From Candidatus Delongbacteria bacterium (lineage in GTDB: Bacteria; JAGOEH01): DNA of 54,853 nt. This document shows, piece after piece, positions 10,412 through 21,700 of the stretch. The stretch spans positions 1-54,853 of the forward strand of contig JAGOEH010000002.1 of NCBI GenBank assembly GCA_017997825.1. Direction: 5' to 3'. Within the stretch, counting starts at the first letter, position 1. Every line of letters starts with the position of its first letter. The translations under genes were made by a program, and so were the position numbers. The notes under the pieces are model-generated. The model was not told the DNA's origin and did not search any database. It was given only the letters and a program-made list of their open reading frames with translations.

Positions 10412-10421
10412 GGGTTAGGAT

Positions 10422-11543
10422 TTATTTACCCTTTTTAGGGGCTTCTTTCTGATTGGTTGTAACCGTCTGAACGCAATCCTTGATATACTGTTCGACCTTA
10501 AGACGGCAGATATCATCCGGATACTGTTCCATCGGAGATTTCATGAAATAGGAGGAGGGAGACAGCATGGAACCGGAGAGTTTGGCATCCAGGGCCAGTT
10601 TACAGCAGCGGATGGCATCGATCACCACACCGGCCGAATTGGGGCTGTCCCAGACTTCCAGTTTTAGTTCCAGATTCAGAGGCACATTACCGAAGGTGCG
10701 GCCTTCCAGTCGGATATGGGCCCACTTACGATCATCCAGCCATTCGACATAGTCGCTGGGTCCGATATAGATGTTCTTCTTACCGATTTCGTAATCCAGC
10801 ATCGAGGTGACGGCGTTGGTCTTGCTGATTTTCTTGGACTGAAGGCGTTCCCGTTCCAGCATGTTCAGAAAATCGGTATTGCCGCCCACATTCAACTGCG
10901 AGGTTCGTTCCAGCCGAACGCCGCGTTCCCGGAACAAGCGGGCTAGAACACGGTGGACGATAGTAGCGCCGACCTGGGATTTGATATCGTCCCCGATCAC
11001 CGGCAGTCCTTTTTCTTTGAAGCGTTCGCTCCAGTAATGTTCGCGGCCGATAAACACCGGAATGCAATTGATGAAACCGCAGCCGGCTTCCAAAATCTGT
11101 TCCACATACCATTTGGTCGCCATTTCACTGCCGACCGGCAGATAATTGATGACCACATCCGTTCCGGTATCCTTCAAAAGCTTAACGATGTCTACCGTTT
11201 CACCGGGGGCTTTTTCGATGATCTGGGAAAGATACTTGCCCAGTCCATCATGGGTCATTCCGCGCTGAACAGTTATGCCGCTCTTGGGTACATCACAGAA
11301 TTTATAGGTATTGTTGGGATAGGTATAGATGGCTTCCGCCAGATCCTTACCAACCTTGTTTTTATCAATATCAATGGCAGCCGAAAACTCGATATCGCTG
11401 ATATGATATCCACCCAGATTAACATGCATAAGACCCGGTACAAACTCATCATCTTTGGCATTGCGATAAAAATGGACGCCCTGAATCAGGGATGATGCAC
11501 AGTTTCCAACTCCGATAATACCAACACGAATTTTACTGCTCAT
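10422..11543 (-). CDS. myo-Inositol-1-phosphate (inositol-3-phosphate) synthase, short bacterial/archaeal type
   Basis: 373 aa with an N-terminal NAD-binding motif [18 protein letters not shown], plus [12 protein letters not shown] and VWDSPNSAG, which are characteristic of this family. The ATG overlaps the pdxT stop (ATGA at 11540-11543). Confidence 0.8.
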   Translation of the reverse strand: MSSKIRVGIIGVGNCASSLIQGVHFYRNAKDDEFVPGLMHVNLGGYHISDIEFSAAIDIDKNKVGKDLAEAIYTYPNNTYKFCDVPKSGITVQRGMTHDGLGKYLSQIIEKAPGETVDIVKLLKDTGTDVVINYLPVGSEMATKWYVEQILEAGCGFINCIPVFIGREHYWSERFKEKGLPVIGDDIKSQVGATIVHRVLARLFRERGVRLERTSQLNVGGNTDFLNMLERERLQSKKISKTNAVTSMLDYEIGKKNIYIGPSDYVEWLDDRKWAHIRLEGRTFGNVPLNLELKLEVWDSPNSAGVVIDAIRCCKLALDAKLSGSMLSPSSYFMKSPMEQYPDDICRLKVEQYIKDCVQTVTTNQKEAPKKGK

Positions 11544-12196
11544 GGATTGGATTCCTCCTTTTGGAATTTATGTTTTGGCATACATGGTATCATAGATTTA
11601 ATAATCCGGTAAATCAGTGAGTGTTTGGAGAGCTCGGGATGAAAGGTGGCAGCGAGGATATTCCCTTGCCGGATCAAAACCGGCTTGCCGCCTTCCGAGG
11701 CCAGGGTTTCAACCTGCGGTCCCAGCCGGATAAACTGGGGAGCCCGAATAAAAACGCCTTCCCGTTGTGAATCGGATTCCGGAATGATTCCGGATTGTGT
11801 GACCGCTGCCGAGAATTCCAGCGGCGCAATGAATGAATCGATCTGTCGTCCGTAAGCGTTCCGTTTAATAGTAACATCCAGCATGGGAATAGTCACGGCC
11901 CGTCCCGGATTCTGGATTTGGGAAGCGATCAGAATAGCCCCGGCACAAGTTGCCAGTGTAATGGTCTGCGGATCTTCCACAATTTTTCGGATCAGGGGTT
12001 GGAGGTGATGAAACGAAATTAATTTAGAAAATGCGGAAGATTCTCCCCCGGGAATAGCGAACAGATCCAGCGGCAGGGCATCGATGACATCGGAAGCCTG
12101 TTTGAAAAGAATGATCTCGGCATCGGGGAATTGGGCTTGTATCGCCATCCGATGAGCTTCAAAATCCCCTTGCAAGGCAAGGACAGCCGCCTTCAT
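11540..12196 (-). CDS. pdxT: Pyridoxal 5'-phosphate synthase glutaminase subunit
   Basis: [18 protein letters not shown], a catalytic Cys in TCAGAILIA, and FHPEL. It lies directly downstream of pdxS. Confidence 0.9.
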   Translation of the reverse strand: MKAAVLALQGDFEAHRMAIQAQFPDAEIILFKQASDVIDALPLDLFAIPGGESSAFSKLISFHHLQPLIRKIVEDPQTITLATCAGAILIASQIQNPGRAVTIPMLDVTIKRNAYGRQIDSFIAPLEFSAAVTQSGIIPESDSQREGVFIRAPQFIRLGPQVETLASEGGKPVLIRQGNILAATFHPELSKHSLIYRIIKSMIPCMPKHKFQKEESNP

Positions 12197-12210
12197 TCCG
12201 GATTATCCTG

Positions 12211-13086
12211 TTACCAGCCGCGGCTCTGCAGGCGTTCGCCATCGGGCACCTTAGAGGTGTCAATCCCGGGCATTCCATCACCCAGCTCTTGGGAGACCTC
12301 GGCCAGTACTTTGGGATCCGTATAATGAGTCGCCGCCATGACAATGGCTTTGGCCCGCTTTTCTGGATCGGAAGACTTGAAGATCCCGGATCCTACAAAT
12401 ACACTTTCAGCGCCCAACTGCATCATCAGCGAGGCATCGGCCGGGGTGGCAATCCCGCCGGCAGCAAAATTAGGAACCGGCAGCTTGCCATTCTGGGCCA
12501 CCCAGCGAACCAATTCATAAGGGGCTCCCAGATTCTTGGCTTCGGTCATCAGTTCCTCGTCCCGCAACAGGGTCAGTCGTTTAATCCCGGACTGAACTTC
12601 CCGCATATGACGGACCGCATGGATAATATCTCCCGTTCCGGCTTCACCCTTGGTGCGCATCATGGCGGCTCCTTCGCCGATTCGGCGCAAGGCTTCGCCC
12701 AGATTACGGCATCCGCAGACAAAGGGAACTTTAAACATGAACTTATCGACATGGAACTGATCGTCCGCCGGAGTCAATACCTCCGATTCATCTATATAAT
12801 CCACACCAAGATATTCCAAAATCTGGGCTTCCGCGAAATGCCCGATCCGACATTTGGCCATCACGGGAATATCAACGGCCGTCATGATCTCCTTGATTTT
12901 TTTCACTGCCGCCATCCGGGCGACTCCGCCTTCGGCCCGAATATCGGCCGGAACACGTTCTAAAGCCATCACAGCCACAGCTCCGGCCGATTCGGCTATC
13001 TCCGCCTGCCTGGCGTCCGTCACATCCATGATAACGCCGCCTTTGAGCATATCAGCCAGGCCGACTTTCAATCGCATTTCAATCAT
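12211..13086 (-). CDS. pdxS: Pyridoxal 5'-phosphate synthase lyase subunit
   Basis: [21 protein letters not shown] and [11 protein letters not shown]; 291 aa. AGGAGG lies 8 nt upstream of the ATG. Confidence 0.92.
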   Translation of the reverse strand: MIEMRLKVGLADMLKGGVIMDVTDARQAEIAESAGAVAVMALERVPADIRAEGGVARMAAVKKIKEIMTAVDIPVMAKCRIGHFAEAQILEYLGVDYIDESEVLTPADDQFHVDKFMFKVPFVCGCRNLGEALRRIGEGAAMMRTKGEAGTGDIIHAVRHMREVQSGIKRLTLLRDEELMTEAKNLGAPYELVRWVAQNGKLPVPNFAAGGIATPADASLMMQLGAESVFVGSGIFKSSDPEKRAKAIVMAATHYTDPKVLAEVSQELGDGMPGIDTSKVPDGERLQSRGW

Positions 13087-13127
13087 TGTAAATGCCTCCT
13101 GCGTTGTTTAATCGTTTGCAGAGGGTC

Positions 13128-13156
13128 AATTTAAAAAGTTTTTTCATTAAAGTCAA
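13128..13156 (-). promoter_or_regulatory. Candidate promoter for pdxS-pdxT-inositol-phosphate synthase
   Basis: Minus strand: TTGACT (13156-13151), 17 nt, TAAATT (13133-13128), about 40 nt upstream of the pdxS ATG. Confidence 0.35.
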
Positions 13157-13464
13157 TAGCTATTTTTAAAAAACCGGGATTCCATAACTCATCCCGGCTT
13201 ATCCGGTTTCGATAACCCAGAATGTGTTCTAATTCTGACTCCCGGGTCAATCGGCATTGATCCTCCCCCATCATCCATCCTCCGCTCTATAGCAATGTCA
13301 AGATTGAACACCCATTCAGCAAATGCACGTCAGGGTATAGGATTCAATCGGTCCAGGCGGAAACCGGTGACTCTCATCTTGATACAATCTATCAGATAAG
13401 ACCGGTTCTTCCGATAATAAGCAATCGCCTGAGCGGGAGAAATGAGTTGCCGACTAACAGCCGC

Positions 13465-16400
13465 TTATTTAAGCAGGGTAATTTTACAGGTCTGGGTCCA
13501 GGCACCGGCCTGAAGCCGGCATAGATATACACCCGCGGGATGATCATCCGCCTGCCACCGCACCGCATGGGTGCCGGCCGAAAGTTCACCGGAAACCAGG
13601 GTTGCCGCCTCGCGCCCCAGCATATCATAAATTTTCAGCGATACCGGTGAAGCGACCGGCAGATTAAAACTGATGACTGTCGTTGGATTGAAGGGATTGG
13701 GATAGGCCGGATCCAAAGAAAAAACCACGCCGGAAGGCAGGATCGATTCACCCACATCCGTCATGATCTGCCGGTATTTCTGCACGAACAGACATAACGG
13801 CAGGTCTTCATACGAAACCCAACCGGCACAATAGACATTATAGTCCTGGTCCACCACGATCGATCGGGCATACGCGTTATTATCTCCGCTGACGTCGGTG
13901 GTCTTGACCCATATCAATTCTCCGGCCGCAGAATACTTTACGGTAAGTAAATCACTTTCAAATGATAGATTGGGCCAATGCATCTTGCCGGACAGATAAA
14001 CATCTCCATGATTGTCCAACGTGACGGCATACAAAGTGACGAAAACGGCATTGCCTCGCCAGTCGGAAAAGCGCTGCCAAAGGATTTGGCCGTTCGAATC
14101 AAGCTTTACCACCGCATAATCGCCGTGATCCGAATTGATATAGGCGCTGCCGGTCAAATAGAGTTGGCCGGAAGGATCCAGCGTCATACCGCTGAGGATT
14201 CCTGAAAATTCGGGGACCACACTCCATACAATCTCCCCATCCGGATTAAGCTTTAATGCAAAATACCGATTATCCAGGGAGTATCCGGCCACATAGGGAT
14301 TTCCCTCCGAATCCAGTTTCAGATCGATCGGCTTTTCGGATGTGTTGGAAGCTATGCTATATCGCTTTTCCCAGGCCATCTCGCCTACCGGAGTGTACTT
14401 GACAACCGCCAGATCGGAATTACCGTCGCTTCCCCAGCTCTCTGCCGCCACATAAACGGCCCCGGACGGATCGACCGCGATTCCCCGTCCATAATCCGAA
14501 GAATCGCCGGCACCATTATAACCAGCGCTCCACAATTCCTGGCCCGACGAACTGTATTTAACAGTAAGCATATCATAATGGGAATCAGGGTGGTAACTAT
14601 AGCCGGCCACATAGAACTGACCGGCCGAATCCACTGTAATCGCAGACGCCTGGTCGCTCGAATCGGCCGGGCCATTATAGCGGGCCGCCCAAAGCTCCTC
14701 TCCCGACGGACTATACTTAATGGTGATACAATCATTGTTATTTGTTCCGTGGCTCATTCCGGTAATGCAGACATTACCGTCCCGATCGACCACCAGATCG
14801 GTGGGATGGTCATGGGAATGAGTCGGGCCGTCATACCAGGCCTGCCAGAGTTTCTTGCCCTTGGAATCATAGAGCTGAGTCATACAATTGGTGCCCCCGC
14901 CTTTGCCGTAAGAAGCCGCGGCAACAGCCACATGGCCCGCCGGAGTCAGCTGCATCGAACAGTAATAGGTCGATCGGTAACCGGCTCCGGTGACCTTGCT
15001 CTCCCATAGCTGATTGCCTACTTGATCATACTTGATGATTACACCTTGATTACGAGCATTATCACCCAGTCCAAATCCTGTAACCCAAACACCCTGATTT
15101 GCAATCGACTTGACCGCTACGGCCCGATAGTTTCCACCCGACGATCCATCATATCTGGATTCCCATAGTTGATTCCCATTGGTATCATACTTGATGGTAG
15201 CATAATCGTATTTATGATCATCCCCCTGGCTCCTCCCCGAGACAATGACATCACCGGCTGAATCAACCACCATCCCGCTAGGATAATTAGCTCCCCCTGC
15301 TGATCCGCTATAAATGGCATTCCAGAGTTGTTGACCGGCGGAATCGTACTTGATCGTGAGAAAATCAATTCCTGCAGCAAGATTATGAGAATACCCGGTG
15401 ACATACACATTTCCGGAATAGTCAACATCGATTGCCTCTGCCAGATCCTGCATCGATTGAACATCACCATAACGTGCAACCCAAACCTGGTTCCCGGATG
15501 AATCATACTTGATAGTGGCATAATCCATACCAGTCAAAAAACCTTCACTCCCTCCGGTAATATAAATAGATCCATCAGAGTCAATTTTGATTGCACTGGC
15601 CTGATCATTCGAATTTTTAGGCCCATCATAGGTAGCGATCCACAATTGTTCTCCGGCTGAAGAGTATTTAATGGTGGTATAATCCTCTCCGGTTCCTGTA
15701 TTGATAGCTCTTCCAGTAACATAGACATTCCCGTTCCGATCCAGCGCTATGGCAGAAGGGATATCATCTGAATTAGAAGACCCATTATAACGGCTTACCC
15801 ATACCTGATTTCCCGACATATCATACTTGAGGGTAACATAATCATAAGATGTACCTGAACCATAGCTGCATCCAGTAACATAAACATTGCCAGAGTCATC
15901 CACTACCAAGGCGCGGGGATCGTCATAATAATCCCCGGTACCATTATAAATGGCATTCCATAATTGATTACCCAAAGAATCATATTTTATGACGACATAG
16001 TCGGCTACTGAAGCCGAACTGCCGATATGACCGGATGCATAAACATTTCCATGGGAATCCGATGCGATACATTGAGCCACTTCCGATTCATGATCCGGAC
16101 CATCATACAAAGCGATCCATAATCGTTCACCATTGAGATTATACTTAATGATAACAATATCATCTTTATTCCCGGGATTAGCACAAGTGCCGACAATATA
16201 GACATTTCCGGCAGAATCGACCGTCATAGCGGCAGGAACCGTTCCGGATAAAAAAGGGATGGTCGTATCCTGCCGGATCCAGGAACGGATCACCGAATCG
16301 GAAACAACCCGCGACAGTCCTGAAAATTTCTCGGCTCCTATCGGATCGATCCCTATAGGATTGGAACCACCGGCCTTGATCCGGCAAGAGTTCCGGCCAT

Positions 16401-16569
16401 CCATCTCCTGATCGATCCACAATTGGTCGAGAGGAACGCCATGATATAATCCGTTATTCTTAATCGATCCCTCATCACCGTTTTCGGATATAGGTCCATC
16501 CGCCCGGACGGAGATTGTCATCAATCCGATCACCAACAATCCTACCATTGCCACCCACCGTTTCGTCAT
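13465..16569 (-). CDS. Secreted SBBP/beta-propeller-repeat protein with T9SS C-terminal sorting domain
   Basis: Signal peptide MTKRWVAMVGLLVIGLMTISVRADG. About 16 copies of a ~50-aa unit carry the core D-x-x-G-N-V-Y-V-T-G ... Y-x-T-I-K-Y-x-x-x-G-x-Q-L-W. The C-terminus is AYPNPFNPTTVISFNLP...GVYLCRLQAG...KITLLK (type-A T9SS CTD). GGAGGTG lies 5 nt upstream of the ATG. Confidence 0.8.
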   Translation of the reverse strand: MTKRWVAMVGLLVIGLMTISVRADGPISENGDEGSIKNNGLYHGVPLDQLWIDQEMDGRNSCRIKAGGSNPIGIDPIGAEKFSGLSRVVSDSVIRSWIRQDTTIPFLSGTVPAAMTVDSAGNVYIVGTCANPGNKDDIVIIKYNLNGERLWIALYDGPDHESEVAQCIASDSHGNVYASGHIGSSASVADYVVIKYDSLGNQLWNAIYNGTGDYYDDPRALVVDDSGNVYVTGCSYGSGTSYDYVTLKYDMSGNQVWVSRYNGSSNSDDIPSAIALDRNGNVYVTGRAINTGTGEDYTTIKYSSAGEQLWIATYDGPKNSNDQASAIKIDSDGSIYITGGSEGFLTGMDYATIKYDSSGNQVWVARYGDVQSMQDLAEAIDVDYSGNVYVTGYSHNLAAGIDFLTIKYDSAGQQLWNAIYSGSAGGANYPSGMVVDSAGDVIVSGRSQGDDHKYDYATIKYDTNGNQLWESRYDGSSGGNYRAVAVKSIANQGVWVTGFGLGDNARNQGVIIKYDQVGNQLWESKVTGAGYRSTYYCSMQLTPAGHVAVAAASYGKGGGTNCMTQLYDSKGKKLWQAWYDGPTHSHDHPTDLVVDRDGNVCITGMSHGTNNNDCITIKYSPSGEELWAARYNGPADSSDQASAITVDSAGQFYVAGYSYHPDSHYDMLTVKYSSSGQELWSAGYNGAGDSSDYGRGIAVDPSGAVYVAAESWGSDGNSDLAVVKYTPVGEMAWEKRYSIASNTSEKPIDLKLDSEGNPYVAGYSLDNRYFALKLNPDGEIVWSVVPEFSGILSGMTLDPSGQLYLTGSAYINSDHGDYAVVKLDSNGQILWQRFSDWRGNAVFVTLYAVTLDNHGDVYLSGKMHWPNLSFESDLLTVKYSAAGELIWVKTTDVSGDNNAYARSIVVDQDYNVYCAGWVSYEDLPLCLFVQKYRQIMTDVGESILPSGVVFSLDPAYPNPFNPTTVISFNLPVASPVSLKIYDMLGREAATLVSGELSAGTHAVRWQADDHPAGVYLCRLQAGAWTQTCKITLLK

Positions 16570-16750
16570 CGCACACCTCCAACCACATTGTTTTCAGCAA
16601 CTCATCGGTTTGACGGGAGCAGCTTCGCAATTGATTCTCTCCCGGCAGCCAACCGACTAAAATCAGATCCTGATTTGTTAAAATCGTTCATATAAACGGA
16701 TAATACGCTCAAAACCCATTAGCTGTAAATATCATTAGGTGAATGGTAAC

Positions 16751-16778
16751 AATATAGATAATAAAAACTAAATGTCAA
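16751..16778 (-). promoter_or_regulatory. Candidate sigma-70-type promoter for the SBBP cargo gene
   Basis: Minus strand: TTGACA (16778-16773), 16 nt, TATATT (16756-16751). The leader would be ~175 nt. Confidence 0.45.
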
Positions 16779-16839
16779 TACATAAATCGATAGAGAGATA
16801 GTGAATTGTGGATGCCTATTCATCATTTTAAGCAAAATG

Positions 16840-18669
16840 TCAATCGATGGGATCAATTTTATGGAAATATCCTCCGGCATCCGAGATGCAAACGCAATGC
16901 CTGCCGTTGGTTTTTCCGTAATACATAGCCTGATCGGCCCGGTTGACCAATTCCTCCATTTTCAGACCCGATATAGCTTCCGCCACCCCAAAGGTCATGG
17001 TAATCCGGAGCGGCAGATCCCGGTAAACGAATTCAGCCCTGCTGAGTTCCGACTGAATCCGCTGAGCCATCATAATGGCATGGTCCATCTCAGTTTCGGG
17101 AAGGAGAATCAGAAACTCTTCCCCTCCCCAACGGGCCAGACTGTCTTGTTTCCGAATCTGGTTCCGGATGGTGAGCGACGCCATCCGGAGGACATAATCA
17201 CCGCCATCATGACCATACCGGTCATTGAACTCCTTAAAGTGATCAATATCAGACAGAATCAGGCAGAATGGCTGCCCATATCGGTCATAGCGGTTCATTT
17301 CATCCGTCAGTTTTTCCAGAAAATCACGGCGGTTGGACAACCCGGTCAGGGGATCATGCCGGGAAAGCTCATCCAGTTTATTTTTAGCAGCTTCCAATTC
17401 CCGATTGGTTCTGACCTTCAGCCGATACCCTTTCCAGATCAGGAAAACGACGGCCAGAGAAAGAATCAGGCTGACCAGCAGAAAATTCCGCATCATTTGC
17501 TGTTTTCGATAGCGTAATTGCTGGATCGCCTCATTTTTCTTCAACAGCTCGATCTCGCGTTCCTTTTTTTCCGATTCATACCGGGCTTGCATCTGGGCAA
17601 TCTTTTCGGTTGAGGTTTCAGAAAAAACCTCCCGATAGGTTTGATAGGCCTCGTACAGAGCCAGATATGCCGAATCGTATTGCCCCGCTTGGAACCAAGA
17701 TTCGGCTTTAGTTTGCAAAACATCCTTCAGCTCAGTTTTCAATCCCAGATTCCGGCAGATGGTTTCCGCCTCGCGATAGTAACCCAGGCTCATGCTACGG
17801 TTTCCAAGATAATAATAAAGGCCGGCGATATTCATCAAACTGAGGGCATATTCGCGGGAGGGATTCTTGAGCAGACGGGAAGCGCGTTTATAATAGTTCA
17901 GGGCCTGGGTATAGTCTTCCATATTCTGATAGATAATTCCAAGGTCATTACTGCAATAGGCTTCCAATCCTTTATCCTTTAAACGGACAGCCGTTTTCAA
18001 AGCCTGTTTTTTATAATCCAGAGCTCCCGGATAATCATTTTCCAGTATCCTGAGGTTTCCCAGTTCATTCAGCGCATTCCCGACCGCGGATTGATTCTCG
18101 ATTTTATCCTGCAGATCAACAATCCTTTGATAAAAGGTCTCGGATTGTTTCAGATTCCCCCGTAACCGGCTGAGATATCCTTGGTGCTGGAGTGCAACCG
18201 ACATCTGATCATAGTGATTGCCGGCTTCCGACTCCTCCAGGGCTTTCAGACTAAAGTGAACGGCTTTTTCATGAGAGGAACTCAACAGATATTGATAGGC
18301 GGTCCGATTCATCAGATCGATCCGATCTGTTTCATCCCAGAGGATTCCTTCCAGGGCCAGGCATTCTTCCATAATCTGCGCCGCTTTTTCCGGCTGTTTG
18401 AGCCGGATGTACACCTCAGACAGATTCAGCAGGGCCTTTTTCTGCTCCGGAATCAAGGCCAATTTACGGGCCAGCTCCACAGCAGCCAAGGCATAGTCCA
18501 GGCTCTTCTCCGGAAGACTATCGCGCAGATTATCGACCTGTCGGTTCAGATCCGCCAATGTTGCAGTATCATCCGTCACAATCGAATCAAAGCCTGGATT
18601 CTGGGCTTCGATTCGATTAAAAACCATCACTCCAAGGACCATCGCTACAGCGAACAGCATCCACCGCAT
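16840..18669 (-). CDS. Diguanylate cyclase with periplasmic TPR array (SP-TPR-TM-GGDEF)
   Basis: Signal peptide, TPR units, TM helix NFLLVSLILSLAVVFLIW, and a GGDEF domain with active site RWGGEEFLILLP. An RKQD (RxxD I-site) lies five residues upstream of GGEEF. Confidence 0.88.
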   Translation of the reverse strand: MRWMLFAVAMVLGVMVFNRIEAQNPGFDSIVTDDTATLADLNRQVDNLRDSLPEKSLDYALAAVELARKLALIPEQKKALLNLSEVYIRLKQPEKAAQIMEECLALEGILWDETDRIDLMNRTAYQYLLSSSHEKAVHFSLKALEESEAGNHYDQMSVALQHQGYLSRLRGNLKQSETFYQRIVDLQDKIENQSAVGNALNELGNLRILENDYPGALDYKKQALKTAVRLKDKGLEAYCSNDLGIIYQNMEDYTQALNYYKRASRLLKNPSREYALSLMNIAGLYYYLGNRSMSLGYYREAETICRNLGLKTELKDVLQTKAESWFQAGQYDSAYLALYEAYQTYREVFSETSTEKIAQMQARYESEKKEREIELLKKNEAIQQLRYRKQQMMRNFLLVSLILSLAVVFLIWKGYRLKVRTNRELEAAKNKLDELSRHDPLTGLSNRRDFLEKLTDEMNRYDRYGQPFCLILSDIDHFKEFNDRYGHDGGDYVLRMASLTIRNQIRKQDSLARWGGEEFLILLPETEMDHAIMMAQRIQSELSRAEFVYRDLPLRITMTFGVAEAISGLKMEELVNRADQAMYYGKTNGRHCVCISDAGGYFHKIDPID

Positions 18670-18792
18670 GGGTTCCCCCTGGGATTAGGGATTGGTTTTT
18701 GCTTTTCCAGTAACCTGGAAGATAAAATCCATGGCATTCAATTGATACATCCCCCAATTGACTCTGAATTGCCGGATATAGAAAACTCTGAT

Positions 18793-21700
18793 TTATCTTA
18801 GCAGCAGCAAGCTCCTTTTCGTACAGAATTTGTTTGATTTTAGCTGGTAAAAGTATACCCCGCTCTTGACCGCTCTTCCCTGATCATTCATCCCGTTCCA
18901 GATCACCTGATAACGCCCGGAGGGTTGATTGGCTCTGACCAAACTGCGGACTCTCTGTCCCAGTAAATTAAAAATTTCCAATTCAACCGAATAAGATGGA
19001 TAGCGCTCATCGATCGGCAATTGATAGCGAATAACAGTCGACTGATTGAACGGATTCGGGTAATTCTGTTCCAGATCGAATTCCTTGATATCAGGCTGTG
19101 TCGGTTCATTAATAGCGGTTACCGCCGCGACTTCAACCCAACCCAGGCTATCCGCATTCTCGAATTCTCCCAATGACTCCAGCCAGTAGGTATAGGTACT
19201 ATCCGGATTGATCGGACCATCCTGATAGCTATAGCCATGGCCGGAACCCGAGTCGGCAGGGGGAACGATCAAGTCCGGATTGATCCTCTCATACCCGTTC
19301 TGGTGGGATTGTTTGCGATACAGATTGAATCCTTTCAGGAAGTTTTCATCCCGGGTCACCCATTGTAAACCAATCGAATCGTTTTCCCAACGGGCAGTGA
19401 ACGATTTCAATTCCGCCGCCGGCAGCCCGTCCCATGGATCATCCTTGGCATTAAGAGGATCTCGTCCCCGATCTACTTCATCCCCATCCGACAGCCCCCC
19501 TCCATCCGTATCGGGATTGAGGGGATCGGTGCCATAACGGTACTCATTCAGATTGCTCAATCGGTCCCGGTCCGGGTCTTCATCCGGCAGATCGAGTTCG
19601 TAGTATCGTTCCCAATCATCCGGCATCAAGTCATTATCGGTATCAATGGATGAAGTCGGATGCGGATCCACATCATCCCAGATCCGATCCCCGTCGGTAT
19701 CATGGTTCATCGGATTGGTTCCATGCTCCAATTCATAACCGTTGGTCAGTTCATCCTCATCCTCATCTCCCATAGAATCGTTGGTATAATCGATATCGCC
19801 GAAATAGCGGATCTCCTGGCTATCATTCATTCCATCCCCATCCCGGTCATCGGGAGGGAACAGATCAGCCGTTACCGTCTGGCTCGCGGAACTGTAATTA
19901 TAAACGCTGTCATAGGCCTGAAGACTAAAGCCATAGGTAGTGCCCGAAGTCAGACCGGTGATCGTCAACGAATCGGATTGACCGACATCGAACGAATTCT
20001 CTTGTTCGGATTCTGTGGGACGATAGGTGATGACATATCCGGCCGCATCGGAAGACCGGGTCCAGGAAATCACCACATAAGGCAGCGTCAGACTGCTGTC
20101 GGGATTATCGGCGACAGAGCATACCGCTTTCACGACCGGTTTGGATGGAATAGCAGGGGGTAGCGTATCCAATTCGATCGTATTGAAGGAAAAACTAAGT
20201 TCCGCTGAAAAGGGCGACCAATCCCCATTGATGTTTTCCGCTGCAATCACGGCATAATATACCGTACTATCGGTCTCCGGGAAAAAAGGATACTGATGGC
20301 CGGTAATACCGGTGATCGTATCGGTATAAATGCCGGACTGAGTTCCCCATCGGATCTGATATTGTTCCGAATAGGGATCCTCCTGCCAGCAGAAGATCAT
20401 TTCGGCGGTATCGCGAATCACTCTAAAATCCCGTGGAACCGCTGGAACATCATGGTGACCGATCACCACCGGTTGATCATAAAATGTTTTTACTAAAGGA
20501 TTAGCCGCATCGGAGATGATTCCGTATATCCGATAAGTCCCGTTTTTTACACCCCGCACATTCCACTGATACAATCCGGTCGTATCTCTTTCGATCAGTT
20601 CGGAGGGATTGATCAGCAATCCCTTAGTGCTGTCGTTTTCGGTATAATAAAATGTTATAGTAGCTTCATCATCGGCATCGTAGGCCTGATACCCGATCGT
20701 ATACAGCGTATCGGAATTCCGAACGGTAGATTGGATGGTCAGTTTGGGGGGAGTGTTCAATCCGGCGATGGTCAACAGGTAATCGCTGGAGGATTGGATA
20801 CTGTCCACTAAAATCTTCCATACTCCGGGTTCGGTCGGCACACCTACCACAAATCCGCTGTCAGTCACACTCCCGGGAGAATCTTCGATCATCTTATCAC
20901 TCCAGTATCCGTGTGTTTCGGACGGATTCAGAAATACCAAGGAAGGCCTTTTTTCCGAATAGTATTTGAGCGAGAAGAAGGTCATTTCGGATGAACTGGG
21001 GGGTACATAAATATGCAGGGTATCACCATTACCGTCACTGGCAAATTGACGGATATAGGAAGACATACTTTCCAGATTGCCGCGGCGGCGCAGATAAGTC
21101 CGTTTACTGAATTTAACCAGATCATAGAAATTAGTGCCTAGGCGAGGCTTGCCGCTCTGAATCGGAACAAAGGCCGTAGCCCAGATCTGTTTATGAACCC
21201 AACTACAATCCCAATCCCATTTCCAGGGTTTATACCAGGGGGTGCAACCGCACTCGCAGGTCGGATAGCTGAGAGTAAAAATACAAACTCCGGCCTGAAC
21301 ACCCTTCCCCATCGATTTACCGCCGCTCTTGAACTCACCGACTTCAATTTTGTATCCCTGAAGTACAATATCTCCGGGCGGCAGGTTCAATCCCATAATA
21401 GTCACGACTTTACCCGGAATCTGAAATAACGATGTTCCCGTAAAATACATGCGATCGACCAGATTGCTCCGGTTGGCCTGGCTGGTCGAAAGGATCTCGA
21501 TCTTGCCCTCGACATCGGCCTTGACCCATGGATAATAGGGAGGAGACTCAAAATACATCTTGCCGTAAAGTACGGTTTTGTTTTTCTGGGAAGCATCCAG
21601 CGAGAAGGCCACCTTAGACATAGTGATGAACCCGAAGAGCCGGAGTTCACCGGTCAGATCCAAGATCCCTTTGGTATTGATGTTGAATCCCGGCACACCC

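Noticed and set aside
12289-12963. 224-aa plus-strand ORF
   Set aside because: It is fully antisense to pdxS, whose identity is unambiguous, and has no motifs. It is a shadow ORF. The same reasoning applies to 16801-17517, 18181-18801, 33557-34153, 43640-44182 and the other plus-strand ORFs nested in minus-strand genes.
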